A stretch of DNA of 64,000 bases from an uncultured bacterium (GTDB lineage: Bacteria; Fidelibacterota; Fidelibacteria; Fidelibacterales; Fidelibacteraceae), in NCBI GenBank assembly GCA_964395205.1, contig CAYNBL010000001.1, forward strand, positions 10,113 through 74,112. Reading direction: 5' to 3'. The notes beneath the pieces are model-generated. The model was not told the origin of the DNA. It searched no databases and worked only from the letters and a program-made list of their open reading frames with translations. This document shows, piece after piece, positions 47,742 to 57,330 of the stretch; within the stretch, counting starts at the first letter, position 1, and every line of letters starts with the position of its first letter. A program made the position numbers and the translations under genes.

Positions 47742-48149
47742 ATGGCGATAAAGAAAAAAACTAAATCAAAAAGTGGAATTCCAACCGCCTCAATGTCTGA
47801 TATTATTTTTATGTTGCTGATCTTTTTTATGGCTGCAACATCATTGAAGACAGTGGAAGGACTTAAGGTCAAACTTCCCCGTGCACGATCAATAGCAAAA
47901 TTGGATACACCGAAACAATCGGTACTTTTTGTTTTCATTGACCGTACAGGAAACATCAGCATTCAGGATAAATTGCTCAACGTCGAAGATGTATCAGAAG
48001 TGATCTATCCCTTGCGCAGAAACGACAATATGTTAACGATTTCGTTACGTTCGGATCAGGAAACACAAATGGGAGTTGTCTCAGATGTTCAAAATGAACT
48101 TCGAGATGCCAGTGCGCTGAAAGTAAACTATTCAGCAAAACCAAAATAG
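47742..48149 (+). CDS. exbD: Biopolymer transport protein ExbD/TolR (second paralog)
   Basis: 135 aa with the motif MSDIIFMLLIFFM. Confidence 0.88.
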   Translation: MAIKKKTKSKSGIPTASMSDIIFMLLIFFMAATSLKTVEGLKVKLPRARSIAKLDTPKQSVLFVFIDRTGNISIQDKLLNVEDVSEVIYPLRRNDNMLTISLRSDQETQMGVVSDVQNELRDASALKVNYSAKPK

Positions 48150-48168
48150 ACAGAACAGGAGTCATATA

Positions 48169-48825
48169 ATGCCAGCAAAACAATTTGAACGCTTTAAAGC
48201 CCGCTCCGGTTTTATGACCGAGGTAGCAATGGTGGCTGTTTTAGCATTGGTTGTGTTATTTGTCTATCTGTTTCCAAAATTTGATCGTGAATCGCAATTA
48301 CAAAAAGGAACGGTTATTGAATTTATTCAGTCTGAAGAAATCCCGCAGATCGAACTTCAGCAGATGCAAGTACCGCAACAGCGCCCCTCTATTCCGGTAT
48401 TGAGTGAAGACGAAGAAATATCTGAAGACTTTACTATCGATGATATGGACTTTGATGATTACGAAGCCATTGACGCACCACCACCTCCGCCAGGAGATGG
48501 CAACAGTATGACTAGCGTTCCTTTTATTCCTTTTGACGAAGCGCCCACGGCCATCGGCGGACAAGCCGCAATTGCCCGAAACACGGTTTATCCGGAAATT
48601 GCCAAAGAAGCCGGTATCGAAGGACAGGTTGTAGTGCATGCGTTTATTAATGACAAAGGTATTGTTGAAAATTGCATGATCCTTAAGGGCCTGGCGGGTA
48701 CAGGATTGGATGAAGCTGCTATCAAGGCGATCAAGAAAACTAAATTCAAACCAGCAAAACAGCGAGACAGAAATGTGGGTGTCTGGATCTCAATTCCGGT
48801 TACATTCAGGCTGAACACAAAATAA
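48169..48825 (+). CDS. tonB: Energy transducer TonB
   Basis: N-terminal anchor, an acidic/Pro-rich linker (DAPPPPPGDG), and the C-terminal TonB domain YPEIAKEAGIEGQVVVHAFIN..G.V....ILKG...LDEAAIKAIKKTKFKPA. Confidence 0.85.
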   Translation: MPAKQFERFKARSGFMTEVAMVAVLALVVLFVYLFPKFDRESQLQKGTVIEFIQSEEIPQIELQQMQVPQQRPSIPVLSEDEEISEDFTIDDMDFDDYEAIDAPPPPPGDGNSMTSVPFIPFDEAPTAIGGQAAIARNTVYPEIAKEAGIEGQVVVHAFINDKGIVENCMILKGLAGTGLDEAAIKAIKKTKFKPAKQRDRNVGVWISIPVTFRLNTK

Positions 48826-48920
48826 ATTGTATATTAAACCTGTGGTATTATGTGTAAACGTAGTAACGCAGGTTTTTTATATCCATCAAGTATTAAAACC
48901 CATAACAAGAAAGGGCGGCC

Positions 48921-50408
48921 ATGAACAAGAAACGCAACATTCTATTTGTAACGTCAGAAAGCGTTCCCTATGCAAAATCCGGTGGATTGGCGGATGTAGC
49001 CGGCGCACTTTCTAAAACTTTAGCAGAAAACGGACATAAAGTTATGGTTGTGATGCCTTATTATGCAAGCATTTCTCAAGATTTGACCCGATCTGAAGAA
49101 GCGCCTTTTTCCATGAATGTCTGGATGGGTAATACTGAAGAGTGGTGCCTGGTTCACCCCAAAAAAATCAGTGAAAATCTTGAATATTATTTTATTGATT
49201 TCCAAAATTATTTTTTCCGTGATGGCATGTATCACAATCTTGCTATGCAAGATTATCTTGACAATCCCAAGCGCTTTGCATTTTTATCACAAGCCGCGCT
49301 GTATCTGTGCAAAACTAAGCAAGTCAATATTGATATTGTTCATGCACATGATTGGCAGGGGTCCCCGGCGCTTGCATATTTAAAAACACACCATTGGGGT
49401 GATAAATATCTAGGACATGCAGCCGCTGTGTTAACCATACACAACATTGGTTATCAGGGGAAATATCCTAAAAACGATTATTCATATCTTGGCTTTCGCG
49501 AGGAAGATTTCAACCAATATGTTTTTGAGGATTTTGGAGGAATTAACCTGCTTAAAGGCGGCATTCATTTTGCCGATATTGTTAATACGGTCAGCCCCAC
49601 TTATGCGAACGAAACCCTAACACCGCAATATTCTCACGGGCTTGATAACATTCTTCGCATGAAAGGCGAACAATATATTGGCATTCTTAATGGTGTGGAT
49701 TATTCTGACTGGGACCCCGAAAATGACACCCTAATTCCAAAGAAATACAATGTAAAAGACATCACAGGAAAAACCGCTTGCAAAAAAGCCCTACGTGAAC
49801 ACTATGGATTAGCTCAGAATGAGGCTCCCATTATCGGGATCGTTAGCCGCATGGCTGAACAAAAAGGGCTACACATGCTAGCCAATAGCATTGAAGCGAT
49901 TGTAAAGAACATGAATGTTCAGTTTGCCATCCTTGGGTCGGGCGATAAGGATCTTGAAGCATATTTTGATTCATTACCCGCTAAATATCCCGGACAAATC
50001 GGTGTTCAAGTGGGATATGATAATACCCTAGCACATTTGATCGAAGCCGGTTCAGATTTCTTTATCATGCCATCCCTATATGAGCCATGTGGATTAAACC
50101 AGATCTATTCGCTCAGATATGGAACATTGCCAATTGTCCGTGCCACCGGCGGTTTGGAAGATACCGTTGAACAATACGATGAAGCCACTGGCGAGGGAAC
50201 GGGATTTAAATTCTTTGATGCAACGGAAAGAGCCATCTATAATACGGTCGGATGGGCGGTTTCCACATATTATGATCGTCCACAGCATTATAAGATCATG
50301 CAAAAGCGAGCCATGCAGAGATCATTTTCATGGGAAGAAAGCGCAAAACGCTATGAGACAGCGTATGAGCACGCAATTGCAATCAAGAAAGAAAGGGATA
50401 AAGGATAA
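48921..50408 (+). CDS. glgA: Glycogen synthase (ADP-glucose type, GT5)
   Basis: N-terminal ILFVTSESVPYAKSGGLADV; also HAHDWQ and the C-terminal ..SLYEPCGLNQIYSLRYGTLPIVRATGGLEDTV. Confidence 0.93.
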   Translation: MNKKRNILFVTSESVPYAKSGGLADVAGALSKTLAENGHKVMVVMPYYASISQDLTRSEEAPFSMNVWMGNTEEWCLVHPKKISENLEYYFIDFQNYFFRDGMYHNLAMQDYLDNPKRFAFLSQAALYLCKTKQVNIDIVHAHDWQGSPALAYLKTHHWGDKYLGHAAAVLTIHNIGYQGKYPKNDYSYLGFREEDFNQYVFEDFGGINLLKGGIHFADIVNTVSPTYANETLTPQYSHGLDNILRMKGEQYIGILNGVDYSDWDPENDTLIPKKYNVKDITGKTACKKALREHYGLAQNEAPIIGIVSRMAEQKGLHMLANSIEAIVKNMNVQFAILGSGDKDLEAYFDSLPAKYPGQIGVQVGYDNTLAHLIEAGSDFFIMPSLYEPCGLNQIYSLRYGTLPIVRATGGLEDTVEQYDEATGEGTGFKFFDATERAIYNTVGWAVSTYYDRPQHYKIMQKRAMQRSFSWEESAKRYETAYEHAIAIKKERDKG

Positions 50409-50430
50409 CGATCAATTTAAAATAAAACAC

Positions 50431-50457
50431 AAGGGCTCGATATTTCGAGCCTTTTTT
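50431..50457 (+). terminator. Rho-independent terminator after glgA
   Basis: AAGGGCTCGA-TATT-TCGAGCCTT forms a stem with one G-U pair, followed by T5. Confidence 0.7.
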
Positions 50458-50545
50458 ATATGTGATAATTTTACAAAAATATGAGAGGAAAGTGCAGGAA
50501 GATTTAAAAATATTAATTGCGGATTAAATTGAATATTTGAATTTT

Positions 50546-50569
50546 CGTCTCACGTCTCACGTCTCACGT
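50546..50569. repeat. Heptanucleotide tandem repeat (CGTCTCA) x3.4 spanning the MFS stop codon
   Basis: CGTCTCACGTCTCACGTCTCACGT. On the minus strand it encodes ..VRRET followed by TGA. Confidence 0.8.
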
Positions 50570-51809
50570 TTTTATTATAATCTTTAATAAGTAACAAGTA
50601 TGTAACAGTTCCCAAGCTATATAAGATTGCCGTAATGATAAATATCTTGTAATACGGTAATTCGAGTCCACGCAATAATTGGAAGATCTTTGCGCTGACA
50701 AACCAGGATGCATTCCACAAGCCGGTTTCTATGGCAGAAATGAGCTCTCGGTTTTTTTCTCCCACATATTTCATTACCAGCTCCGAGGTGATCGGAGATG
50801 CCATATTCATCAGGGGTTGACGAATAATGAAAGCTCCTGCCGCAAACCAAACGGCAAAGCCCATGTTTGAATATAGCTCTGTTGAGGCAAGAAAAACCAG
50901 AAATAATATTGCAGAAAATTGCGTAACCGCAATGGAAAGTCCATAGCCAAGTTTTCTTCGAAGTATAGGGGTTAACATTCCACCAAAAAACACAATACCG
51001 GCCGCAATGGATCCCATTAAAGCGTAAATATCGGAGTTCATTTTAAACACAGAATTAAAATAAAGGTTCATAAACGGGATGGTTAATCCGGCACCGACAG
51101 ATATTAGAAACATAGGCAGAAGACCCCGGAAGATTTTTTTCCAATTATAGCTTTTTAAATGTTGAAAAACATTATTGTGGTTAGATGGAACGGGATCTTT
51201 CTCTTTAATAACGGAAAAAGGAATAAGACTTAAAACGCTAAAAAGCGTAATGCCTATTAATATCTCAAATTCCCCCAGTCCCGGCAATCCGATTTTAGGG
51301 GCTATAGAAAAAGCGCCCTTGATAAGAAAACCCGAAACAATAGTAGCAAGACTCCATACGGCAAAGTTCAGGGCAATACTTTCACTGAGGGTTTCTTCGT
51401 TCCCGTTGCGTAGAATAAATGGTAAGGCGGTTACATGTTCTAACATAAACCCCATACTTGCAAAAAAGAACAGAACTTTAATTAACCAGTCAATATGTGC
51501 ATTAGCCGCAAACAACAAAGCCATACTAGCTATGGGGGCCAATATAGCCCCAGTTATAAAAAAGGGCTTTAGGCGCTTTCCTTTTATGATCAATCCAAAA
51601 GGAATGCTAAATAAAAGAATACTGATAAAACGAAAGGAAATAAAATTAGCAATATCAGAATCAAGATAACCGAGCTTACGAAGATAAATATTTATGATAA
51701 GATTAGCGGAAGCATTTAGAAGCTGCAACAAAAAAGCCCCCGTGATCAGGAGTTTAATTGAGCGGGGAACCGATAAATAGCGCCCGAATAATTGTCGAAT
51801 TTCACCCAT
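50550..51809 (-). CDS. MFS transporter
   Basis: 419 aa with about 12 TM helices and a central loop. Confidence 0.8.
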   Translation of the reverse strand: MGEIRQLFGRYLSVPRSIKLLITGAFLLQLLNASANLIINIYLRKLGYLDSDIANFISFRFISILLFSIPFGLIIKGKRLKPFFITGAILAPIASMALLFAANAHIDWLIKVLFFFASMGFMLEHVTALPFILRNGNEETLSESIALNFAVWSLATIVSGFLIKGAFSIAPKIGLPGLGEFEILIGITLFSVLSLIPFSVIKEKDPVPSNHNNVFQHLKSYNWKKIFRGLLPMFLISVGAGLTIPFMNLYFNSVFKMNSDIYALMGSIAAGIVFFGGMLTPILRRKLGYGLSIAVTQFSAILFLVFLASTELYSNMGFAVWFAAGAFIIRQPLMNMASPITSELVMKYVGEKNRELISAIETGLWNASWFVSAKIFQLLRGLELPYYKIFIITAILYSLGTVTYLLLIKDYNKNVRRET

Positions 51810-51958
51810 GCAATTAAAATAAGAATGATTTTTTAAAGACGCAAGAGAATGCGTTTATATAAAACAAAAAGAGATATATTATTCCAAATTTTTCAAGATT
51901 CTCTCATTTTTTTAATGAAATATATCACTTATATTACAAGGTCAAAAAGGAGAAAAGT

Positions 51959-52954
51959 ATGAAAAGTAATTTAAAAGGACGTTCGTTTTTGGGTCTGTTG
52001 GATTTCAGTCCTGACGAGATCAATGACCTGATCGACCTATCGGCTCAAGTAAAACAAGAAAAGAAGAACGGGATCTTTCCCCGACGACTGGAAAATAAAA
52101 ATATAGCTTTATTGTTCGAAAAGAACTCAACCCGTACTCGTTGCGCTTTCACTGTTGCGGCTATTGACGAAGGGGCACACCCCGAATTTTTAGGTAAAAA
52201 TGACATTCAGTTCGGGAAAAAAGAAAGTGTAGCAGATACGGCTCGCATTTTAGGGCGAATGTTTGATGGTATTCAATATCGCGGCTTTAAACATGAAACC
52301 GTAGAAGGTCTTGCAAAATATGCCGGTGTTCCCGTTTGGAATGGTTTGACCGACGCTTTTCATCCCACTCAAATACTGGCTGACTTTTTAACTATTAAAG
52401 AGCAAAAAGGTTACCTAAAAGGCATTGTTCTTTCATTTGTTGGCGACGGGCGCAACAATATGGCAAATTCGCTGATTGTAGGTGCGGCAAAAATGGGCAT
52501 GGATTTTCGTATCGTTACCCCCAAGAGTCTTTTTCCCAAAGCAGAACTTGTTGAAACCGCCAAAACGATCGCAAAAGAAACCGGTGGCCGCATTATGATT
52601 ACAAACGATATTACCGAAGGCGTTAAAAATGCCGATGTGATTTATACCGATGTTTGGGTTTCAATGGGTGAAGAAGATCAATTTGAAAAACGCATAAAAC
52701 TTCTTTTACCGTATCAGGTAAATGCTGATATGATGGCCAAAACAGGCAAATTGGACACTCTCTTTTTGCATTGTTTGCCGGCATTTCACGATCTCAATAC
52801 GACGGTTGGTACTGAGATTTATGAAAAATTTGGAATTGATGCAATGGAAGTCAGTGATGAAGTATTTGAATCCGAGAACAGCAAGGTATGGGACGAAGCC
52901 GAAAACCGTATGCATACGATCAAAGCGGTGATGATCGCTACGCTTCAAGACTAA
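51959..52954 (+). CDS. argF: Ornithine carbamoyltransferase
   Basis: Carbamoyl-phosphate site [12 protein letters not shown], plus [16 protein letters not shown] and the ornithine site HCLPAFH. Confidence 0.9.
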   Translation: MKSNLKGRSFLGLLDFSPDEINDLIDLSAQVKQEKKNGIFPRRLENKNIALLFEKNSTRTRCAFTVAAIDEGAHPEFLGKNDIQFGKKESVADTARILGRMFDGIQYRGFKHETVEGLAKYAGVPVWNGLTDAFHPTQILADFLTIKEQKGYLKGIVLSFVGDGRNNMANSLIVGAAKMGMDFRIVTPKSLFPKAELVETAKTIAKETGGRIMITNDITEGVKNADVIYTDVWVSMGEEDQFEKRIKLLLPYQVNADMMAKTGKLDTLFLHCLPAFHDLNTTVGTEIYEKFGIDAMEVSDEVFESENSKVWDEAENRMHTIKAVMIATLQD

Positions 52955-52982
52955 AGATTAAAGTATAAAGAATAAAGTAAAA

Positions 52983-52998
52983 CCGCAGCATGCTGCGG
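52983..52998. terminator. Bidirectional terminator palindrome between convergent argF and lipid kinase genes
   Basis: CCGCAGCATGCTGCGG is a perfect 16-nt palindrome with T-rich sequence on both transcribed sides. Confidence 0.6.
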
Positions 52999-53029
52999 CT
53001 CTTTCATTTTATTACAATTAAAAATTCAA

Positions 53030-53923
53030 TTAAAGCGTTAGTATCTTGATTTCTTTATTCAATACTTTCAATTCAAGTGGCGTGACGCCAAAGATCTCTC
53101 CCTCGGGGTTGCATATTTTAACGGGGTCAGACCAAACCTTAAAATGCTTTCCGGGATAGACCTTGAATTGAGGTACCGAAAGATGTTTACCCTCAAAAAC
53201 CTTAGGAAATACCTTTAGCAGATCTTTTTTGGGCATATCCTCAAGAACCAAGCATTCTATTATGCCATCATCCATAATGGAATTGGGGGATATTTTCATA
53301 TTCCCGCCTAAAATAACAGTATTTGAAAAATTAGTTAAAACACTGTCGTATTCATATACGATACCATCAACCTCGAGTTTTGTCCTTTGAGGTTTGAATT
53401 TAAGAATCTCGACAACAGCACCAACGGTATAGGCTGTTTTACCGATAAACTTTTTCATTTTATTTCCGAGATATGATACATCTGCAACAAGCCCAAAACC
53501 AATTGCGTTAATGGAGTAATATTTATCGCCTTCTGTTGTAAACTCCATAATATCCACTTCGCGAATTTTTCCATTAGTTACGGCTTTAATTCCATCACCC
53601 CAATTTTTTAGATTCAAATCGAACGAAAAAGAATTTCCCGTACCAACGGGGATCACACCCATTAGGGGGTGTTCTTTTGATGATGTGTTTTGCATAATAC
53701 CGTTCAGGACCTCATAGACGGTCCCGTCACCACCGGCGGCAAGAATGAGATCGCAGGCGTTAGCATCAATATGCTTTGCAATTTCGCTGGCGTGGAAGCG
53801 ATACAGTGTGCGATAGGGTGTAACGGTATGCCCTCCGCCACGAAGTGCCTTTAGAATGAGCGGATAGAGCTTGTCGCCCCTACCACCTCCCGAGTTGGGA
53901 TTGTATATCAGTTGAATGTTCAT
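53030..53923 (-). CDS. Diacylglycerol/lipid kinase family protein (YegS/BmrU type)
   Basis: 297 aa with NPNSGGG near the N-terminus and the DAGK catalytic motif LAAGGDGTVYEVLNG. Confidence 0.85.
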   Translation of the reverse strand: MNIQLIYNPNSGGGRGDKLYPLILKALRGGGHTVTPYRTLYRFHASEIAKHIDANACDLILAAGGDGTVYEVLNGIMQNTSSKEHPLMGVIPVGTGNSFSFDLNLKNWGDGIKAVTNGKIREVDIMEFTTEGDKYYSINAIGFGLVADVSYLGNKMKKFIGKTAYTVGAVVEILKFKPQRTKLEVDGIVYEYDSVLTNFSNTVILGGNMKISPNSIMDDGIIECLVLEDMPKKDLLKVFPKVFEGKHLSVPQFKVYPGKHFKVWSDPVKICNPEGEIFGVTPLELKVLNKEIKILTL

Positions 53924-54103
53924 GTTCTCTCCTGTTGTGTGCCGGATAAGTTAATAATTCAAGAGACAAGAAACAAGAAGCAAGAAACAAGATTAAAGCA
54001 AAAAGATAAAAGTATAGAAAAAGAAGCCATACTGTTGTTTGGGCAAGGGAAAAAAATAAATCTCATACAATGCAAAAATGATTAAAATTACCGGATAGAA
54101 AAT

Positions 54104-54127
54104 GAGAAGTCCCATATGGGACTTCTC
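54104..54127. terminator. Perfect 24-nt palindrome, probable minus-strand terminator of the decayed GIY-YIG unit
   Basis: GAGAAGTCCCATATGGGACTTCTC. ATTTTCTAT follows it on the minus strand. Confidence 0.4.
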
Positions 54128-54145
54128 AAGAGGGGGACGAAAACT

Positions 54146-54372
54146 TTATATTGAACCCTGCCGTATATTTGGCAAGGACAAGAATCTTAATTGCAGGAAA
54201 ATATTAAACGAAATTAAAGCCAATGTCAAACAAAAAAGATACTTATGTCGGATGAATAATTTAAGCAGAAGGAAAAAAGAGGGATAAGCAACACGGGCTT
54301 TTAAATCCTTTGTATGAACAAAATAATTAAAGTTATGATCAATACTTTTGAGAAAGAATACGTAGTACATAA
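54146..54372 (-). pseudogene. Decayed GIY-YIG (URI-domain) small nuclease gene
   Basis: The minus-strand translation MYYVFFLKSIDHNFNYFVHTKDLKARV matches the first roughly 27 residues of small GIY-YIG proteins (YYVYIL..S.....Y.G.T.DL..R). The remainder loses similarity, with no ..EHN.. or C-terminal helix motifs. Confidence 0.45.
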
Positions 54373-54661
54373 ATTCGCCCCCCCGACGATATGTTACGTA
54401 AAGCAAACCCTTAAATTGTGAGCTTGCTCTACGAAGCCCCGATACTTCGGGATCGGGATGAAGGATCTATTCATGATATGGCGTTCTGTAACATAAATAG
54501 ATCTTTCGACTACGCCCCGATTTTGATCGGAACTTCGCTCAAGATGACAGGCTTTCTTGCATTGAATTTTACTCTCGGATATTCTATTATCCATTGTTTT
54601 GAACACCCTTTTTCCCTAAATTCAACGATATATTAGAACCCTTCGACCAACGGGAGACAGA

Positions 54662-57316
54662 ATGAAGGAACTTTCAAAGACTTATGATCCAAAACATGTA
54701 GAAGATGCCTGGTTTACTCACTGGGAAAAACAGGGGTATTTTCACTCTGAGCCGAATTCAAAGAAGGCTCCTTTTTGTGTAATGATCCCGCCGCCCAATG
54801 TGACGGGCATGCTGACAATGGGTCATGTATTAAATAACACACTTCAAGATATTTTAGTCCGGAAAGCTCGCATGGAAGGTTTTGAAACCATGTGGCTGCC
54901 CGGAACGGATCATGCCGGTATTGCCACACAAGCTCGCGTAGAAAAACATATTCGCGAAAGCGAAGATAAGACGCGTCATGATTTTGGTCGCGAAGCATTT
55001 GTCAATCGCATTTGGGACTGGAAAGATCAATACGGCGGTATGATCATTCGTCAATTGCGAAAATTGGGTGTTTCTTGCGACTGGGAACGCGAACGCTTTA
55101 CACTTGATGATGGTTTATCTAAAGCCGTCCGCGAAGTCTTTGTCAGTCTTTATGAAAAAGATCTTATCTATAAAGGGAAACGCATTATTAACTGGTGTCC
55201 GGTTTCCCATACTGCACTTTCGGATGAGGAAGTAATTCACCAGGAAAAGAACGGTAATCTTTGGTACTTCAAATATCCTGTAAAAGGTGAAAAAGATCGC
55301 TATCTTGTTATTGCAACTACCCGCCCCGAAACCATGCTGGGCGATACCGCAGTGGCCGTTAATCCCAAAGATGAACGATACGCTGATCTTGTTGGGAAAA
55401 CGATCTTTCTTCCTCTTGCGGATCGTGAGATCCCAATTGTTGAAGATTCTTATGTTGATATGGAATTTGGAACAGGTGCTGTCAAAATCACCCCTGCTCA
55501 CGACCCGAACGATTATGAAATTGGTTTACGTCACAAGTTGGAATTTTTAAATATCATGAATGAAGATGCCAGCATGAACGATAGCGTCCCTGAAAAATAC
55601 AAGGGTATGGATCGTTATGTTTGTCGCAAGGCTATCGTCAAAGATCTTGATGAGCTAGGCTTGCTTGATAAGATCGAAGAGCATGTTCATAAAGTCGGTT
55701 ACAGTGAACGCGCGCACGTTCCAATCGAACCAAGATTATCCGAGCAATGGTTTGTTAAAATGGAGCCACTTGCAAAACCGGCACTGGAAGCCGTAAACAG
55801 CGGAAGGATAAAATTTAATCCCGATCGTTGGGTTAAGACATATAATCACTGGCTGGAAAATATTCGGGACTGGTGTATTTCCCGTCAACTTTGGTGGGGT
55901 CACCGCATCCCGGTTTTTACTTGTACTGATTGCGGTTGGGAATCTGCAGAACGTAAAGATCCCACAGTTTGTCCGGTTTGCGGAAGCAAGAATATTACAC
56001 AAGATAACGATGTTCTTGATACATGGTTCTCTTCGTGGTTATGGCCTTTTTCAACCCTAGGTTGGCCTGAGAAAAATGAAGATCTTAAATATTACTATCC
56101 AACCAATGATCTTGTTACAGCCCCCGATATTATTTTCTTCTGGGTGGCGCGCATGATCATGGCCGGAATTGAATTTATGGATGATATCCCCTTTAAGAAT
56201 GTTTATTTTACGGGACTGATCCGCGATATGCAGGGTCGCAAAATGAGTAAATCATTGGGCAATTCTCCCGACCCGCTTGAAGTTATTGAACAGTACGGTG
56301 CCGATGCATTGCGTTACGGCATGATGCTGATCGCCCCCAAAGGTCATGATATTTTATTTGACACATCTCAGATCGAATTGGGCCGTAATTTCATGAATAA
56401 GCTTTGGAATGCATCGCGTTTTGTTCTCATGAATGTCGATGAGAGTACGCCAATGGTCATGCTTCCAGAAGAAAAAGACCTTGAAACACCCGATAGATGG
56501 ATACTTTCACAACTAAAGGGAACCATCGAATCTGTTAACAAGCATATGGCGGAATATCGTTTTAACGATGCCGCAAAAGACATCTATGATTTTACATGGA
56601 ATAATTTTTGCGATTGGTATATTGAACTTATCAAGTCGCGTCTATATGGCAATGACGAAAACAAAAAAGCTACCGCATTAAAAACCGCAACTTATGTCTT
56701 GCGAGATATCGTTAAACTGCTTCATCCTTTTGCGCCTTTTATTACAGAAGAAATATGGCAGTCTGTCAAGACAGATAAAGAACCTGATATCATGATCGCA
56801 GATTGGCCTAAAACAGATGCTTTGCCGGCTTCAAAAAAAGCAGTAAAAGAAATGAGCTTGGTAATGGATGTGATCACTGCGATCAGAACCATTCGTTCAG
56901 AGATGACTGTACCACCCTCAAAGAAAGCCGATGTTTTAATTGGCGGTGGAACACCCAAATCTTGCGATATTCTAAAAGCCCAACATGCGTACATCGAAAC
57001 ATTGGGAAAAGTCAGTCAATTGACCTTGGAAGAAAAAGTAGAACAGCCGGATCTTTCTTCATCGGCCGTTGTGGGCGATCTTGAGATCTATGTGTCACTC
57101 GCAGGACTTATTGATGTGGACAAAGAAAAAGAACGACTGGAAAAAGATATTGCAAGTTTTGAGGGTCGCATTAAAGCCGTGAACGGAAAACTGAACAATC
57201 CGAATTTCGTTTCCCGTGCGCCGGAACAGGTCGTTGAACATGAACGCAAAAAAATTGCGGGTTATGAAGAAACACTGGTTCTTTTAAAAGAAAATTATAA
57301 AAAACTGATTGGATAA
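54662..57316 (+). CDS. valS: Valine--tRNA ligase
   Basis: 884 aa. The HIGH region is PPPNVTGMLTMGHV and the KMSKS motif is present. It also has an editing domain and a C-terminal coiled coil. Confidence 0.97.
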   Translation: MKELSKTYDPKHVEDAWFTHWEKQGYFHSEPNSKKAPFCVMIPPPNVTGMLTMGHVLNNTLQDILVRKARMEGFETMWLPGTDHAGIATQARVEKHIRESEDKTRHDFGREAFVNRIWDWKDQYGGMIIRQLRKLGVSCDWERERFTLDDGLSKAVREVFVSLYEKDLIYKGKRIINWCPVSHTALSDEEVIHQEKNGNLWYFKYPVKGEKDRYLVIATTRPETMLGDTAVAVNPKDERYADLVGKTIFLPLADREIPIVEDSYVDMEFGTGAVKITPAHDPNDYEIGLRHKLEFLNIMNEDASMNDSVPEKYKGMDRYVCRKAIVKDLDELGLLDKIEEHVHKVGYSERAHVPIEPRLSEQWFVKMEPLAKPALEAVNSGRIKFNPDRWVKTYNHWLENIRDWCISRQLWWGHRIPVFTCTDCGWESAERKDPTVCPVCGSKNITQDNDVLDTWFSSWLWPFSTLGWPEKNEDLKYYYPTNDLVTAPDIIFFWVARMIMAGIEFMDDIPFKNVYFTGLIRDMQGRKMSKSLGNSPDPLEVIEQYGADALRYGMMLIAPKGHDILFDTSQIELGRNFMNKLWNASRFVLMNVDESTPMVMLPEEKDLETPDRWILSQLKGTIESVNKHMAEYRFNDAAKDIYDFTWNNFCDWYIELIKSRLYGNDENKKATALKTATYVLRDIVKLLHPFAPFITEEIWQSVKTDKEPDIMIADWPKTDALPASKKAVKEMSLVMDVITAIRTIRSEMTVPPSKKADVLIGGGTPKSCDILKAQHAYIETLGKVSQLTLEEKVEQPDLSSSAVVGDLEIYVSLAGLIDVDKEKERLEKDIASFEGRIKAVNGKLNNPNFVSRAPEQVVEHERKKIAGYEETLVLLKENYKKLIG

Positions 57317-57330
57317 GATCGGGAGGATAA

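Noticed and set aside
48836-48878. Terminator-like AAACCTG...CAGGTTTTTT after tonB.
   Set aside because: The 7-bp stem encloses a 26-nt loop, so stability is doubtful. It may still attenuate transcription before glgA, but I do not list it as a feature.
51905-51935. ArgR (ARG box)-like sequence AATGAAATATATCACTT upstream of argF.
   Set aside because: There is only one half-convincing box (TGAAA-N4-TCAC against TGAAT-N4-ATTCA) and no tandem second box. This is too weak to call without a lineage-specific ArgR motif.
54394-54606. 70-aa minus-strand ORF, and the 61/72-aa plus-strand ORFs, in the valS leader.
   Set aside because: The translations are dominated by hairpin-arm sequences (..HLERSSDQNRGVVERS..). 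There is no recognisable domain, and they overlap each other in different frames. I treat them as non-coding remnants.
54400-54661. T-box riboswitch upstream of valS.
   Set aside because: I could not find the conserved T-box sequence (..GGGTGGTACCGCG..) or a specifier-loop/terminator-antiterminator arrangement. T-boxes are also not expected in FCB-group bacteria.
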